NCBI RefSeq assembly: GCF_964204865.1
Contig: NC_135264.1
Coordinates: 4,464,001 to 4,528,000 of the forward strand
DNA length: 64,000 bases
DNA from: Styela clava
Lineage: Eukaryota
Reading direction: 5' to 3'
The notes beneath the pieces were generated by a model, which was not told the origin of the DNA, did not search any database, and saw only the letters and a list, made by a program, of their open reading frames with translations. The translations under genes were made by a program, and so were the position numbers. Of the stretch, positions 39,636-53,662 are shown in pieces; positions within the stretch are counted from its first letter, which is position 1; every line of letters begins with the position of its first letter.

Positions 39636-41554
39636 TGAAGAAGATATGTCATAGTTTACTCAATAATGACATGGTGTGGGCTTCATTATCTTAAATATAA
39701 TTTAGTCTTCAAGAGTTGCTGTTAAAGATAGATTCAGCATGAACACTTCATTAAAATATATCATTATATCTACCACCATTTATATTTATAACCAAGAATT
39801 ACAAAGATTGATATTTGAATCAGTATTTTCATTCCAAAATTATATGAAACATACATGTGTCCTTACCTTACACAGGTCATGTTGACACAAAGCACAAATG
39901 TGATATACAAGAACAATAAAAATGTTTTTTTAAGAGAAGTCTCACAAGTTTGTTTGAAGAATAAATGTTTGCACAGATTTTTGGTGTTGGTTGTCCAATG
40001 TAGTAAAAACTGAAATTAATCTGCGCTTTGTTTTGATGTAATATTTCTTACTGCCTTAAATCACATATTATTAAACAATTGTAAATTTGATTTGGCTTCT
40101 TTTCCTGCTTGATCGTTTAATACCCTTAATATCAAATGCTCTTTTAGTTATATTCTGTTTCGTGTTTTGTTTTTTTGAATTTGTGCAGTATGCTAATGTC
40201 GATACCGAAACTCAAATGAAGGTTGACGGCAGTTGAACGTTTTATTTTTATGTATATCATCCTAAATAATATCTGGAACAGGGCAAATCAATTTTGATGT
40301 GGCTTTAAATTTTTCGTACTCTTTGTTTCTTGAAATATGCCTTCCTTTGCAACGAAACACATTGACTCTATTTCAGGAAGGCCGGTTTTTGTATGTTAAC
40401 GCATTGGTCATTCGTCGATGCCCTTATTTTTTCATCTAATAAAGATATATGGAACATAACTAACCCAAACTTTTATTTGCATCCCTCATAGATGTTTTAA
40501 ATGCTCATTTAATGAGCATTCAGTTTTCACCTACTGCCAAGAACCATTAGTGTTCTGTGTGCATAATTTTGAGAAAATTCTTGCCCAAAGAGTTTCATTG
40601 TAATAAATAACATAAAATTGTACAAATTGCTGTATATTTCGATTGGGTGGTTGACATATCTATCTAAAGGTTCGTTAGGGACGATTTTGACAACGCTTTG
40701 CTGATTGTTTGGCTGGTTCTGTTAGTGAAGATATTACTCAGCTCCTGTCACTGGGATTTCTGAGTCAATAACTACTCATGCTTTTGCACTGGTGTACACC
40801 TAAAATACAAGGGATATGTGCAAAATGTCTGGTTTGAGTGAGTCAACAGTTTTGCTTCCTACTGACCCCAAACGTAGTTCGTTAGAATTCATATGAGACG
40901 AGCATATAACTAGACCAGCGTTTCCCAAACTGTGTTCCGTGGAAAAAATATCAAAATTACGACTAAATTGGACGCCATGGCGATCTCGGGATCGTGAATA
41001 TGTCGCCCAACTGGCGACCGTTCAACATTGCGTCACCGTCGGTCCAAAGCGGACTACTTTAGGAGGGTAGCGGCATTTTCGTTAACCTTCTTTTTCCATC
41101 TCTGCCTGATTTAACTTTGAAATGCTGAAAAATCACTCATGTTCGATAAACTCAATTATTGTACGTCTTTTCTTTCAATTGATTTATTTTTACTGTTTAT
41201 CTGTACAATATTTTATGCACGACTGAAATAAATATCTTATTCAGCAATTAAATGGACCTCTGCTCGCAAAATTGCAGCAAGTACTTCTATCCCCGTTGCT
41301 ACGTAACATTAGTGGAAAACACTACGTAATAGAAAGTAAACGACTTAGAGAAGCAAAATGAATATATTGATTCATATACACAGCATTTAAAATAAGAAAC
41401 AATGAAACATTTATGATAAATACAATATGTAAAATATTAAACTATATTTTAGTTAAGTTTAACACAATTCTGTTAGTTTTCGCGCCGCATTTGGCTACTC
41501 GCCGCGTCGCACTACTGCGCCGCGGTGCACCCTTTGGGAACCATTGCATTACAT

Positions 41555-42626
41555 CAGGGTGGTCCGAACTGCGGCCCGCAAAATAGCGTACACTACTAAA
41601 TCATTGGCAGATATTTGTGTTTATTAGCAGAAAAAAATTGATTTATATTTAAACTATTCCAACTGGGAATAGTTCTTTTCCCAACCCTGATGTCGGGATT
41701 GATGTTTGTTGAAATCACGAAATTTTTATTGTTATATCTATAAACGTCAAGACGGTAGCTATATGGAGATGAGCAAATGACGTCCTGTTATTAGCAGAAA
41801 AAATTTGATCTATATTTAAACTATTCCAACTGAGAATAGTTCTTTTCCCAATCCTGATGTCGGGATTGATGTTTGTTAAAATCACGAAATTTTATTATTG
41901 TATCTATAAACGTCAAGACGGTAGCTATATGAAAATGAGCAAATGACGTCCTGTGATCGGTAAGAAGGTAATAAATTGTCTTGTGCAGACAGGACCAATC
42001 CGATCAGATGAGCTCGCGTCAGGTAACTCCTCATTTGAAGAGACGATTTGCGCCTTATTTTATTCAAAACACTCCTTTATTTTCCATGTGTTGCCCATGT
42101 GACAGCAGTTAGCTGTCTGCAGAGCTGACTTAGCGCCGCGCAATCCAGTCTTCTTTATCTGGGTCCGAGGTCCCAACTTAGACGGACTTGGTTGTTTTTT
42201 TGGCGGTAGCACTAGACCTGCTCTCACTACAATTATTATATCCATCGTACAATGAATGTAGAAAAAAGATGACCGAAGTAAACTGAGAGTAAACGCATTT
42301 CTTTACCCACAACAACGTTAAACCACAGTGTCTGGTGTGTGTTTCAAATAATATCTGTCACGAAAGAATATAATTTAAAGCGATATTACAAAACCAAACA
42401 AGAGAAAAGATACCGAAAATACCACGATATTTCTCGGGAAGCAATTTTAGAATAACTAAAGGCTTTATAGAGTTTCCTTAAAAACTGATCAAAACGGTAA
42501 ACTCTCATTGTTAAATATATAAAGTAAGTAAACTTGAATAAAATGTTTTGATTACACTTGGGTTCTCTCCGTCTGCGGCCCGCGAGACCTTCTAAAAAGT
42601 TTTTTCGGCCCTTCAACCTTGGACCA
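41555..42626. mobile_element. Nested Charlie element with truncated right TIR
   Basis: cattacat|cagggtggtccgaactgcggcccgc ... cggcccttcaaccttgga-ccattacat. Contains a 167-bp tandem duplication. Confidence 0.65.
41621..41953 (+). repeat. Direct tandem duplication, 2 x ~167 bp
   Basis: ttattagcagaaaa...gagcaaatgacgtcctg at 41621-41787 and 41788-41953. Confidence 0.9.
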
Positions 42627-44492
42627 TTACATCATTTTTTTTTTTTTTATCAATTTTAACTTTTTATTCTTGGTGTTCCGCAACGAGATAAAAGGCGCAA
42701 GTGTTCCGTGGCCAAAAAAAGTTTGTGAAACACTGAACTAGACTATCATCTTTCATATTTACCCTCGGGCACGGTGGGACGAACAACGTTCAGTCACGTA
42801 GCGAACTACGGTATTTTGTTCGGTAACCAGTTCATTTTATATGATGGAATAGTTGAAAGTTCCTTCTTTCTGTTGTCAGGGCATCATAGTGGAGGCCGTG
42901 ACTGACAGATGATCGCCCTACACTAGAAAGGGGTCAAGCAATCCCTGAAATAAGCATTCGCCGCAGTCCGTTCGCTTTGCGCCCGCATATGACAGAGCAT
43001 TAGCAGATTTGTGTCAAGAGGCCCAACTACGCACTCACTTTTCCAAAAACAGTGCTGTTTTATCGAAACTATCATCTTCCACACTTCTTCTGGTTCGGTC
43101 TTATCCTGATGGTCAGACGAACGTCGCTCTTTTTAATCTTATGCATAGGTACATTTGTATTGTATAGTAACGACTTAGATCCACACCTGTTTTAATACTC
43201 ATTCCAAGTATCTTGCAGTCCAGAAGCTCTAACTAAAAATGCATTGGCGATTTTGTTTATTAATCGAATATGACAACTACTAGTCAATATTTCTGATATT
43301 TGCAAACGATCCTGTGGCTTTTGCGTTTTGGAGAAATATTCACAACACATGCAATTCGAATGTCTTGTTTTAATCACCATAAAAATATTTGTTTTAATCA
43401 CCATAAAAATATTTGACAATAAGCTTGCAATCTCAGTGATAATATGTATTTCTATTCTGTACAAAACCATGGAAGTTCGACTTGATACTGGAAAGTTGAA
43501 TTTACCTGATTATGCGTTCAATCTCGATCAGTGGTGACAGTACATTTTTCACCCGTGAACTCACGCAGGACATTTGCACCCACCGATTTCAGTAACCGGT
43601 TATAGATTGCACCTGTCTTTTAAACTCATGGCCGTTCGCACCATTCAACATTTGCAACTGTGGACATTTGCACTCGCGAACATCCACTCCCACGTACATT
43701 TGCACCCATGGACAATATCACGCATAAACACTTGTAAGTTGTAACGCACGGATTGGAGTTTCGAAACTGCGTTACATTACCCAACCACTGTAAATTATAA
43801 TCACGTCTCATACAACTCGCAATGCAAACTTGCTGTATTCAGTACTTACTCATATTCTTTAACCCCCAAACTCTTGAACGTTCAACCTCAACCCCCCAGA
43901 CAATCATATACGAACTGAAAGAACTTAGTTGTAATGTACAACATGAACACACGACTGAACACTAACACTCAGTGGCGGCGCGTCAATAGGGCCAACCGGG
44001 GCATTGTTTTTTCGGTATAATGAAAAATATTCGAAAAATACCTCAATATCGGTTGCACAGACTGTCTACACTAGCCATATTCTCCCGACATGGTTCATTT
44101 TTCGCTCGCAAAGCCTTCGCCGAACGTCGACGGGGCGACGCCGATTTTGCCCCGGTTGCTCATTGTATATCGTATTCTCTCTTTTATCTTCCACTTGCCG
44201 CGTTTGTCTCGTTTGTTTTCTGTTTCTTTTACTAAATCATCGGGGCTAGCCCCGAAATTATGACGACACAATGCCGACGTTTCTTACAACAACGTGTTGA
44301 CATATTCACGCATTCCTTCTCGTTCGTTGGTTGCTTGAAGAGTTGATAGTTTTCCTCGCCTTCGTTTTTGTCGCTTGTTTCGCTATTTGAATCAGTTAGA
44401 GACCTTTAGTCCATTTGCTTTCGATTTTCCACATTCCTTTTGAGCTCCTCACTTCTTTCCGGCTTCGCATTTCTTCTTAGCTAGACCTCATA

Positions 44493-47113
44493 ATGAATAA
44501 GGTTGATGCACTACTTCGCACTCCGTTTTCGCAGCTGCCGCTGGAACAAAAATTAGAGGTACAACGTCTTGGGCCTTTTCAACCAAAAAATTGTTCACTG
44601 GAACAATCCCATGACGGAGGAAAGCGTCGGCGTACATTCTGCGCAGAAACTTGGTATAAAAAACACGAATGGTTGTGTTACAGCGAGGACAAAAATGCAC
44701 TTTTTTGTTTTTATTGCCTACTTTTTGCTACCGCCCGTGACTCACGTTGATGTAAATTTGGTTTTAGAGATCTTAAACATCTTTCCGAGCGTGCCAGGGA
44801 TCATCAATCTTCTATGGAGCATCTAGACCAGGGGTCGGGAACCTTTTTGGTCAAGAGAGCCCTAAAATATACATATTTTCAATTGCATTTCCGTGCGAGC
44901 CATATAACATTTCTTCACTTAATCAGGCCTGAAACGTTTACTCAAAAGTCAACACATTCCATGTCAATATACATTTAATGTGACTTCTGATGCTGCATGT
45001 TGTCGCTGCGGGCCTTGAACAGTTGCTCACATGCAGCCCAAGTTGAAATCTACGATACTCATCACCCTTTTTCGTTTAGGCATCTCCGTAGTATTTTAAA
45101 ATTCTATCGCTTTGTGATGTCACAATATATGTTCCAGAATCCCGATGTTTTGTCACAATGCCTGTCTGGTAATTCTCTTACATAACATAGACATGCGCTG
45201 GGCCCGCGTTGTCAAACGTATTAGGAATTTTTTGCCAAATTTGGCCATAAAATTGTTTGAATTCTAGCAACAATAAATAGTAAGCTTAATCTTAGAATAA
45301 TAGATTTTTCTGGGAGCCATATGCCGTCACCAAAAGAGCCATATATGGCTCGCGAGCCATGGGTTCCCGACCCCTGATCTAGACAATGCAGTAAAATACC
45401 GAACATTCGGAAATGTTAATATTGCAGCACAGTTGGATGAAGGACGCGCGGTTTCTATTCGTCGGCACAACCAAAACGTCGAGAAAAACCGCCATGTTTT
45501 CGGTCGATTGATAGATGTTTTGAAGTTCATTGGTTGTCACGAGACGGGCTGGCTCTTCTAATAGAGGGGTATTTTTGGATATGGTGGAATACACCGCATC
45601 CCTAGATACAGTATTGAAAGATCATCTTGGTGCCGCAACTTTTTCGAAAGGGACATCTAAGGATATCCAAAATGATTTGCTCGACTCAATGTATAAAATT
45701 TATTTACAACATTTGGCTCTGGAAATTGAGAATTGCCAGTTTCTTTCGATTCAGTCTGACGAGACAACTGACATCACGTGCATTTCCCAACTGGCTGTGA
45801 TTTTTCGGTTTGTGAAAGATGGTAAACCTACCGAGAGATTTCACAGCTTTGTACCAATCCTTGATCGCACGGCTTGCGGGATATCGGCTGTACTGAAAGA
45901 AGTGTTACAGCCTTACAACGCGAAGTCAAAATTGATAGCTCAAACTTATGACGGCGCGGCAGTCATGAGTGGGTCGAAACATGGTGTTCAAGTTTATATA
46001 AGAGAAGATTTTCCTCATGCGCATTTTTTACATTGTTATGCACACCAATTTAACCTCGTTATTAAAAATATGTGTCTTGATACCCTTCTCGTCCGTATAT
46101 TTTTTGCAAATTTTTCGGGGTTTTCTTCATTTTTTTCCGTTTCGCCAAAGCGCTCTGACCTCCTTCGCCAGATATGTAGCCGCCGTCTCCCAGCTTGTGC
46201 ACCAACACGTTGGAACTTCCAATCACGCGTGGTGCAGGGCGTGTCCGAAATTAGGTCTGAGCTCATTGAGTGTTTCAATGGCATTCAGAGCTCTCCGGTT
46301 TGGGACGAACGCTCTGTGAGGGAGGCGACAGGTCTAAAGCGTCTGCTAGAAGATGGTGAGTTTTCATTTTTTCTCGCTTTTTTCTCCACAATATTCTATC
46401 ACGTGGATGTATTATACGGCACATTGCAGTCAAGGCTAATAGATGGAGCGTCTGTGCAGTCGTGTATTTCAGACTTCTGCGTTGCTGTATCTCGTATCCG
46501 GGAAACAATAAAATACGACGACACATGGAGTGCTTCTTTACGCCGCGGGCAAACAACGCAGCGTTTGATTTTGTCTGCAGAGGAATGCTGTGACATTCTG
46601 GTGAATCAAATAGGCGATCGTCTGCGCACTGAACACCTTGCCGCGTTCTCTTTGATGAACCCCAAAAATTTTTCAAAATTTGCACGTCAATTTCCCATCC
46701 ATTTGTTGGCTACTGTCTTCAAATTTTACCCCATGATAAACGTGGGTAAATTGGGAATTGAATTGCGATGTATATACACCAATCAAACTTTTTTGAACAT
46801 CACATCAACTTGCGCGCTCTATGGGTTCCTCATAGATAACACTCTAGTAACTACCTTTGCGGCGTCTGCAAAATTTCTGGACATCATTTTGACGACGCCT
46901 ATTTCTTCCGCCGACGCAGAGCGAACATTCAGCACGCTGAAGCGTATTAAAACGTATCTCAGAAACACAATGAAGCAAGATAGATTAAATTCCTTGGCTG
47001 TTTTATTCATTCACAGAGACGTTATTTCTGGGATGCATGACTTCAATCAGCGCGTTATTGAGCATTTTGCTTCCAAGAAACCGCGGCGTGTTGCATATAT
47101 GTTCAAGCAGTAG
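44493..47113 (+). pseudogene. hAT transposase (TTF-type Zn finger, DDE, C-terminal dimerisation domain), disrupted
   Basis: WLCYS..LFCFYCLLF zinc finger, SIQSDETTDI, QTYDGAAVMSG, HCYAH, TRW, SADAERTFSTLKRIKTYLRNTM. Three lesions: TGA at 44748, MITE at 44829-45376, frameshift near 45545 where the expected RGHDE segment is missing. Confidence 0.92.
44829..45376. mobile_element. 548-bp Charlie-type MITE inserted in the transposase ORF
   Basis: Perfect 15-bp TIRs caggggtcgggaacc and perfect TSD atctagac. Removing it rejoins MEHLD|NAVKYRTF in frame. Confidence 0.95.
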
Positions 47114-49724
47114 AAGTCTAGCAGCATATTTATCTATGAGTGAGCGACGCATGTCCTTATCTTTGCATTACCTTTCCTTTCTTCATAGTAACGTTTTAAA
47201 CCTTATTTTAGGTTTTGTCTGTTTTCCCGAAGTTTCTGTTAATATGTCATGGAATTTATCTGGGTAAATATTGCCTTTCCTTTTGAAAGAGGTTTCAAAA
47301 TAAACTATGTCTATATTTATTAATCCCTTGACTTGGACCGGTTTTAAAGACACTTTCTTATCGTTAAAAATTGTCGATTTTGCCGATTGGTTGTTACCGA
47401 TGGAATGGTTTTTATACTCATAAAATGATGGGAGAACTTACAGCGCTCATCCTGTCCCCGTAGATGGGGTTGACTTGCCCCGCAGTAGCTTACCCGGTTG
47501 TCAAAATGACCACGCGCCGCCACTGCTAACACTCCTATTCAAAGGTGCGAATGTACATTTTTGCCAACGCCCGCGAGTGCAAATGTATGCGGGTGCAAAT
47601 GTCCGTGGGTCCGAAAGTATGCAGGTGCAAATGTTTTGGTACTAATGTGAGTGCAAAGTTAATAAAACACGAGCAGTAGGCCCACCTGGTCTTTGTTGTG
47701 TGTAGCGCGAAAATCCCTATTCGTACCAGTAGGCTACATCAATGTAAATTGTAAACGATGATATCTCACAAATAGCTTGCTTTGATCATTTCCCATATAT
47801 ATATATTTTTGAATTGAATTTCACCTGAATACAGTATTTGGAACTTCTGCCAACAAAGCATTCAAAAGACTGTCCGACGTGCTTGCTAATAAATATTCAT
47901 AGACTATTGCTGTAAATTTTACGATCATTTCCGTGACCTTGAAAAGATTCTATATCCAGAAATCACTTTTGCTCTGTAGGTTTCGGGAATTTTCAATGTC
48001 ATTGGCAATCGCATCTTGCAAGTCTTCCCCCGATTATACAATCAGTTCTATATAATATGATGTGGCGATGCCACGAAAATAAGGTAAAAATACAAAAATG
48101 GACAAATTAAGTTCGTTAGTTGTGCAATAGCCTACTCGCAAAATTGCTGATTTTGGAATCATCCAAGCTGGAATTTGAGTTGGTATTGCTGATTGTTTCT
48201 ATATAATTAGGGATGTAAGTTTCGAATATTTTATTTTCGGATCGAATTCCAAATCAGAATGTTTCGATTCGAATATTTCCGATTTAGTATAACATTACAT
48301 TATCATTAACTTTCTTTAAATTTGGAAGAACTATAGCATAAAGTGTGATGAAATATCGATAATTATTCTAAGAATGAGTCAAGATAATAAAAAAACACAT
48401 TGAATGGATGCATTAACTACCTAATATATATCTTAGAGAAAATTTATTTTTGTTACATAGAAGTACACTCAGTTATATTAACTTATTACATAAATTTATG
48501 TTTGCAAACAATACCGGATGTATAGTGATCGTTTCTACCTAAATTACTCTCCAAAATTCATCCAAATGATAAACTCCAATGAAACATGCGTTAGTACCGC
48601 TTGCGCTGTGATTTTAAAGAAAGTAAATGCTAACGAGGGAAGAATCGCAGATCTATGTTTTAAAAGGGGAATAATGTTGTTATTATAATGACATTATATA
48701 GGTAAATAAAAGAAACGTTTATATAATTTCATATTTGTAAAACTTCTTAACATTTTAAGTAGTCTAAAAAAATTGAAAGAAACCATTGGTTCCTCTAAAT
48801 CTGTGACTCATATGAATTACCAGAAGTGTTAAGACTTGGAAACGCTGTAAACGGAGGTAATGACACTCATGTCGTGCCGCGGCCTATATTTCAGCCGTTG
48901 TACACCACATAATTAAACTTTCTGTATCTAGGCGTATTGCCACATTAAAATGAATACACTTTTTTTCTTTTCTCAAAATATGTGATATGTTAATATATAC
49001 CTTCTATGGATAAATTGGATCTCTATATCATGCTGACGATATTGGTGGAATACAAATTAATTGCATTATGGAAATTATTCAAATATTGGAATTAAACCTT
49101 CATACATACATCATGGATTATGAATTCTATTGACTGTATAATTTGTATTATGTTAATAATCAAACATGGTGTGCTGGAAATCAATTTAATGTCAAATCCA
49201 TGTAATGATATTATGAATTGGATCTCATGAATTGTTTAATTGTTACATTTTTTTAAAAGAAAAAAAAATATTTTCGACCCGGAGAGCTGGAACAGGCCTT
49301 TTTATTTAAAAGTTCGTCAAATGTGGACTACCATTATGCTAATATTGTATATGTCATATGGAATTTTATAGATTTTGATTCAAAGATAAAATCCTTCCAG
49401 CGCCCACACATGGATTGCTTTCAGTTATTATATTACTACACAAAATAGTTTCGTGAGTTTCAGAAGTTTGATATAGGAAGAATATTTTTGCACAATAACG
49501 ATTCCATTTTCATGCATATCAATTGCGGTTAAGATGATGTTGAAGAACTTGTAAGAGTTTGAACATTTTATTAGTTGGTAACGCATGTTGATAATAAATA
49601 AGCACACAATTTCACCTGTCCAAAGTAAACGAAAACTAAAGTTTAGGAAGTATGAAAAAACGTAGAGCATTGCTATATCACGACTTTAACATCCAAGTTG
49701 ACTCTTGGGAAAAGCGGAAACAGG

Positions 49725-49801
49725 TATAAAAATACAATATCACGTTGTTACAAAGCAGACATGCTGAACGTGCCTGGCTGCGATTTTCGTAGAAATTACA
49801 G
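49725..49801 (+). promoter_or_regulatory. Candidate TATA box and short non-coding first exon for the downstream receptor gene
   Basis: tataaaa at 49725 and donor-like acag|gtcggt at 49801. The acceptor tttttaacag at 54660 precedes the ATG at 54724 and needs a partner. The pairing is inferred. Confidence 0.3.
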
Positions 49802-52800
49802 GTCGGTTGGATGAAGGTCGACTAGAGTCATGACCCGCACTTGACCTTTGCCGATATTTTAGGTTTAAACTATAACTATCAAAGTTTATCATTGTCGTCA
49901 AATTTTGACCAATACCAACAGAACACAGAAAAAGAGTAAAATCAAATATATATACGGATTTTTTATAGGGAAAATATGCAACAGTTGCAATTTTTCTGAA
50001 AATTCAATCAGTCGAACTAATTTGATATCAATTCATAATGAATTTCAACCAGACTTATCTTGTAAACATAACCAAGCAAACATTGGCAAATAATATCAGA
50101 ACAATATTAGCAGAGATTGTGCATTGACTTTACTCACTGAAAGTTTTGTAACACAAATGTTGGAATTAATTCATCATCGGTTTGGATACTTGATCAATGA
50201 AAAATGACTAGTATTTGTTGTTTTGTTCTGCCCAATCACGCCGTTAAGTTTTGTCTAAAAAGCATGTCTAGACACAACAATTGAGTAACTTTTTAAATTT
50301 ATAATATTGAAATTTTTTATTATTCATTGTGTATTAGAAAATGTAATGCTGCAACAAATTTAGGTCCAAATTGTCGCACTGGTATAACAAAAAGTAGCGG
50401 GTGTGAACAGGACAAGGGTTAACCTCTATCGCGCTCGCGAGAAGCGAGCATTTTGCCCAGTAACCGCCCTATGGAGTAGTTAAGGCAGTTATTACTTTCA
50501 GATGTATTGACACTGGTTCCGTATTGGATTGGAAAATTCGGCTTAAACTCCAGGTTGATGCTTTCTGTTTTTTCTCACTGAGCAAGCTCTACGCCATAGC
50601 AATAATTACTAGAAATCAGTCAATAAGTGCAATCTTATCCTGAAGGCCATCATCGCGAACCGTTAAAAATACAGTAAAATCTGAAAAGTCAAATCCAAAA
50701 ATAAATGAATAGCAGAAAAACAATGACTTTCACTGCACTGCAGAAGTCTCTATTGCTTTTAAACAACTTTCAATACGGTATTTTCATTCTAAATCATATG
50801 ATATTGAAATATCATGAGGAAATCTGCATATAATATGAAGTTGTGAATAAACATGCCCAAAGATGTAATAAACGTTTTGAAATGACCGTAAACGTGGCTG
50901 TCACAAAACTTCTTCGAAATTTTCATGCAACTTTATGACGTAATAAACTAAAACCTTGAAACGTTGGATTAATGCGAAATATTGATTTTATGTTAGAAGT
51001 AAATCTTGTCGTTGCGCAGTCATACTTTGAAACGTGTTTTTGTGGAATCGATATTACATTATTCTTAGCGAACAAAAAGCAGTACTAGGCAAGAAAAATA
51101 CTTTTATTCAGATTTAACAGGCAACAGCAAAATTGCACTTTATACCGCACGTATCAGTATCGAGAGACATTAGTATATCCAGGTTAGCGATTATGTCATC
51201 CCTTTGGATCGAAGGTGGCGCCTGTGTGATATTTCGTCGCTCTACCTTTAACAGCAGACATCTTAAAATTCCATATTATGACGTCATAATATGAACGGGT
51301 TATTGTCGACCTTTGGTGCCAAATCGCGTGAACCACTAACTTAAGTCGTTTGCTCTAATCTAATTGACTCTTTCAAACATGCATGACCCATAGATAAACC
51401 TTGAATAGTTGCCACATTACTCTTGTTTATTGGTCGATTCTTACGTGCGCACGTATTTCTATTTTCTATACTGGCTTTGACAAAATTACCTTTCAGATAT
51501 TCCATTTTGTGCAATGCAAAAACTACGAGATGAAATAGACACATGCTAACAGGGTTGGGAAGGATCAGAGTTAAAGTCTGTAGAATCTAGCGATTTCGAG
51601 GTTTTGTTGTAGGCAGATAGGAATCAATGTATATTTGAATATCGGTCACCAGGCGAGTGACAAGTTTATTACTATATAGTGATATAAGCCTGAGAATAGA
51701 CAATGCGTATGCCATTTAGTAAAAATGTTTGATATCCATATTGGTATGCTTTGTAAGGACATTAGATCTTATTTGCAATTCTGGAATGCTTCATTCGCAT
51801 TAGACGTATTTTATTCAAACTTTTTATAGTTTATTTGTTTTGTCTTCTAATAATAGATATCAGCAACGATTTGCATTATTCATTAACTTGTGTCTACCAT
51901 AATCATGTAAGTGATTAGCAATGGTTTAGCAATCAGTTTATCCGTATTTTTTCTCCATAACTTTGTATTGTTTAGAACAGTGGTTACCATACTTTTTTAT
52001 TAAATTCATCCCTTTGCCTATTTTGGACTATTTAAAAAAGTTATGCAAAACTAATAAATATACAAATTTGTTGTTTTAACATATATGCAAATCAAATGCA
52101 AGAAAGCATTATTGCTAATATAACACCATAAATTATTTTTAACTATGAATTATTTTAGTCGTGTGTAAGAAGACTGAAATATGTTAATGCTACTTCTAGA
52201 AGACTTAGCACAGCGAGATTTTTTACAGCGTACTTTTTCTTTTCACATTGGTACATTTCGCAGAACATATAGCTAATATGCTTCAAACCGCAATCTTGAT
52301 GTGAGATTCTTATTATTAAATTTATTTCTCGTTAGGAAACTTCAAAACTAAATATTAAATTAAATGATTAATATAAATCATTCACGATAAATGTTCCATT
52401 GAAGAATTAGTATACGTTTCCATAACGCATCGTGACGTGATGACGTCATATTTTAAAGAAATACGTCACGTAAAAACGTTCGGTAAATATGAAAAGATCA
52501 GGCGAGCCAAACTAGGTAATTTATTCCCAGGAGATCAGGTAAACTCGCTCCTTATTTCCAAATTCTATATTACAAAATTTAGACAAATTTCAAAATCTCA
52601 GTGAAGTTTTCGCAGCCTGACGTAACTGAGGTAACAATGCCTGGATTGAATTTTATTAACAATCAAAATTGCCGTCCAATAAATGCATTTATAAATTAGG
52701 TGATTTTTTGAAAATTATATATATATATATATTATAGCTAATCTGGGTATACAAACCTGTTCTAGCAGGATAATGTAGTATTATTCCACTAATTTTTAAA

Positions 52801-53662
52801 TTAATTAAACCTAATTTATATGTATTATAAGGTTGGCCATTTTATTTTCGGTGCAATAAATCGTGTCAGTATTGACATCCATTTTCCTAATCGAAACTAA
52901 TTCGCATCGTGATACAGCTCGAAGCCAGGAAATCAATATTGGGATTTTTCAAGAAATTGATTTTGGCAAAGTTTGTGGAAATATATTATAATATTTGCAT
53001 CATGTGCTGTTCGTTTCAAAACTTTATTTATAATTTTAAAATATCAATTGAACATCCAAAATACTTCGAATTTTATAAAAGCAGATATCACCTCTTTGTA
53101 GTACCGTAGATATGCTGACCACAATACATAAAGATGGGGAAATAGAAATATTGAATTTGGGAACCAATAAATAAATAAACATCGTACCCACAAATAAAGT
53201 TATATGCTTCAATTTGACCTTTAATCTAATATCGGACTATTTCAACACTGCTCATATGTAGTCATGGCGTGTCAAAGACATTTATAAGATAATAATAATT
53301 TTTAGGGAAAAATATTTTACATTCAAGCGCATGATCAATACATTTTTAGATGTTATTTCATAAATTGGTATATGTTCTGGTAGGAAATCGTGACGGTAGA
53401 CATTTTTCTGATAATGGTTGGTGCGTAATTTTATATATTAGCAACTTTTCGTGATATATCATTAATTTGCCTTAATATATTGATATGGAATGTGCAAATG
53501 CCAAAATGAAAATTCAAATTAAATCTAGTGGGATCAGATGAGTTGGAAAGAAAGACTCATATGATAGGTGCAGAGAAAAAGAAATTTGCAGCTGATTTAC
53601 CTGAGGTTTGTTAACGATGGCGAATGAATATTTCTATGGCACAGTGCTATCTTTTTATGACG

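Larger units (their letters stand above)
40916..42735. mobile_element. Non-autonomous hAT-Charlie element containing nested elements
   Basis: TIRs cagcgtttcccaaact / agtttgtgaaacactg. Perfect TSD aactagac (40908-40915, 42736-42743). Confidence 0.88.
43970..47525 (+). mobile_element. Full-length hAT transposon (Tip100/ZMYM1-like clade)
   Basis: Perfect 14-bp TIRs cagtggcggcgcgt / acgcgccgccactg. Perfect 8-bp TSD ctaacact (43962-43969, 47526-47533). Internal transposase. Confidence 0.95.
43533..47669. mobile_element. GG-terminal MITE related to the 9315 element, split by the hAT insertion
   Basis: Left end ggtgacagtacattt with catttgcaccc subrepeats. Inverted gggtgcaaatg subrepeats at 47540-47660. 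Flanks cgatcagt / cgagcagt. Confidence 0.6.

Noticed and set aside
45530-47113. 527-aa ORF as a domesticated ZMYM1/THAP12-like host gene
   Set aside because: It lies within perfect TIRs/TSD, starts at a non-ATG codon created by a frameshift, and its N-terminal part is disrupted.
51270-52470. TGACGTCA (CRE-like) palindromes
   Set aside because: The motif recurs throughout the window, often inside repeats, and there is no evidence of function.
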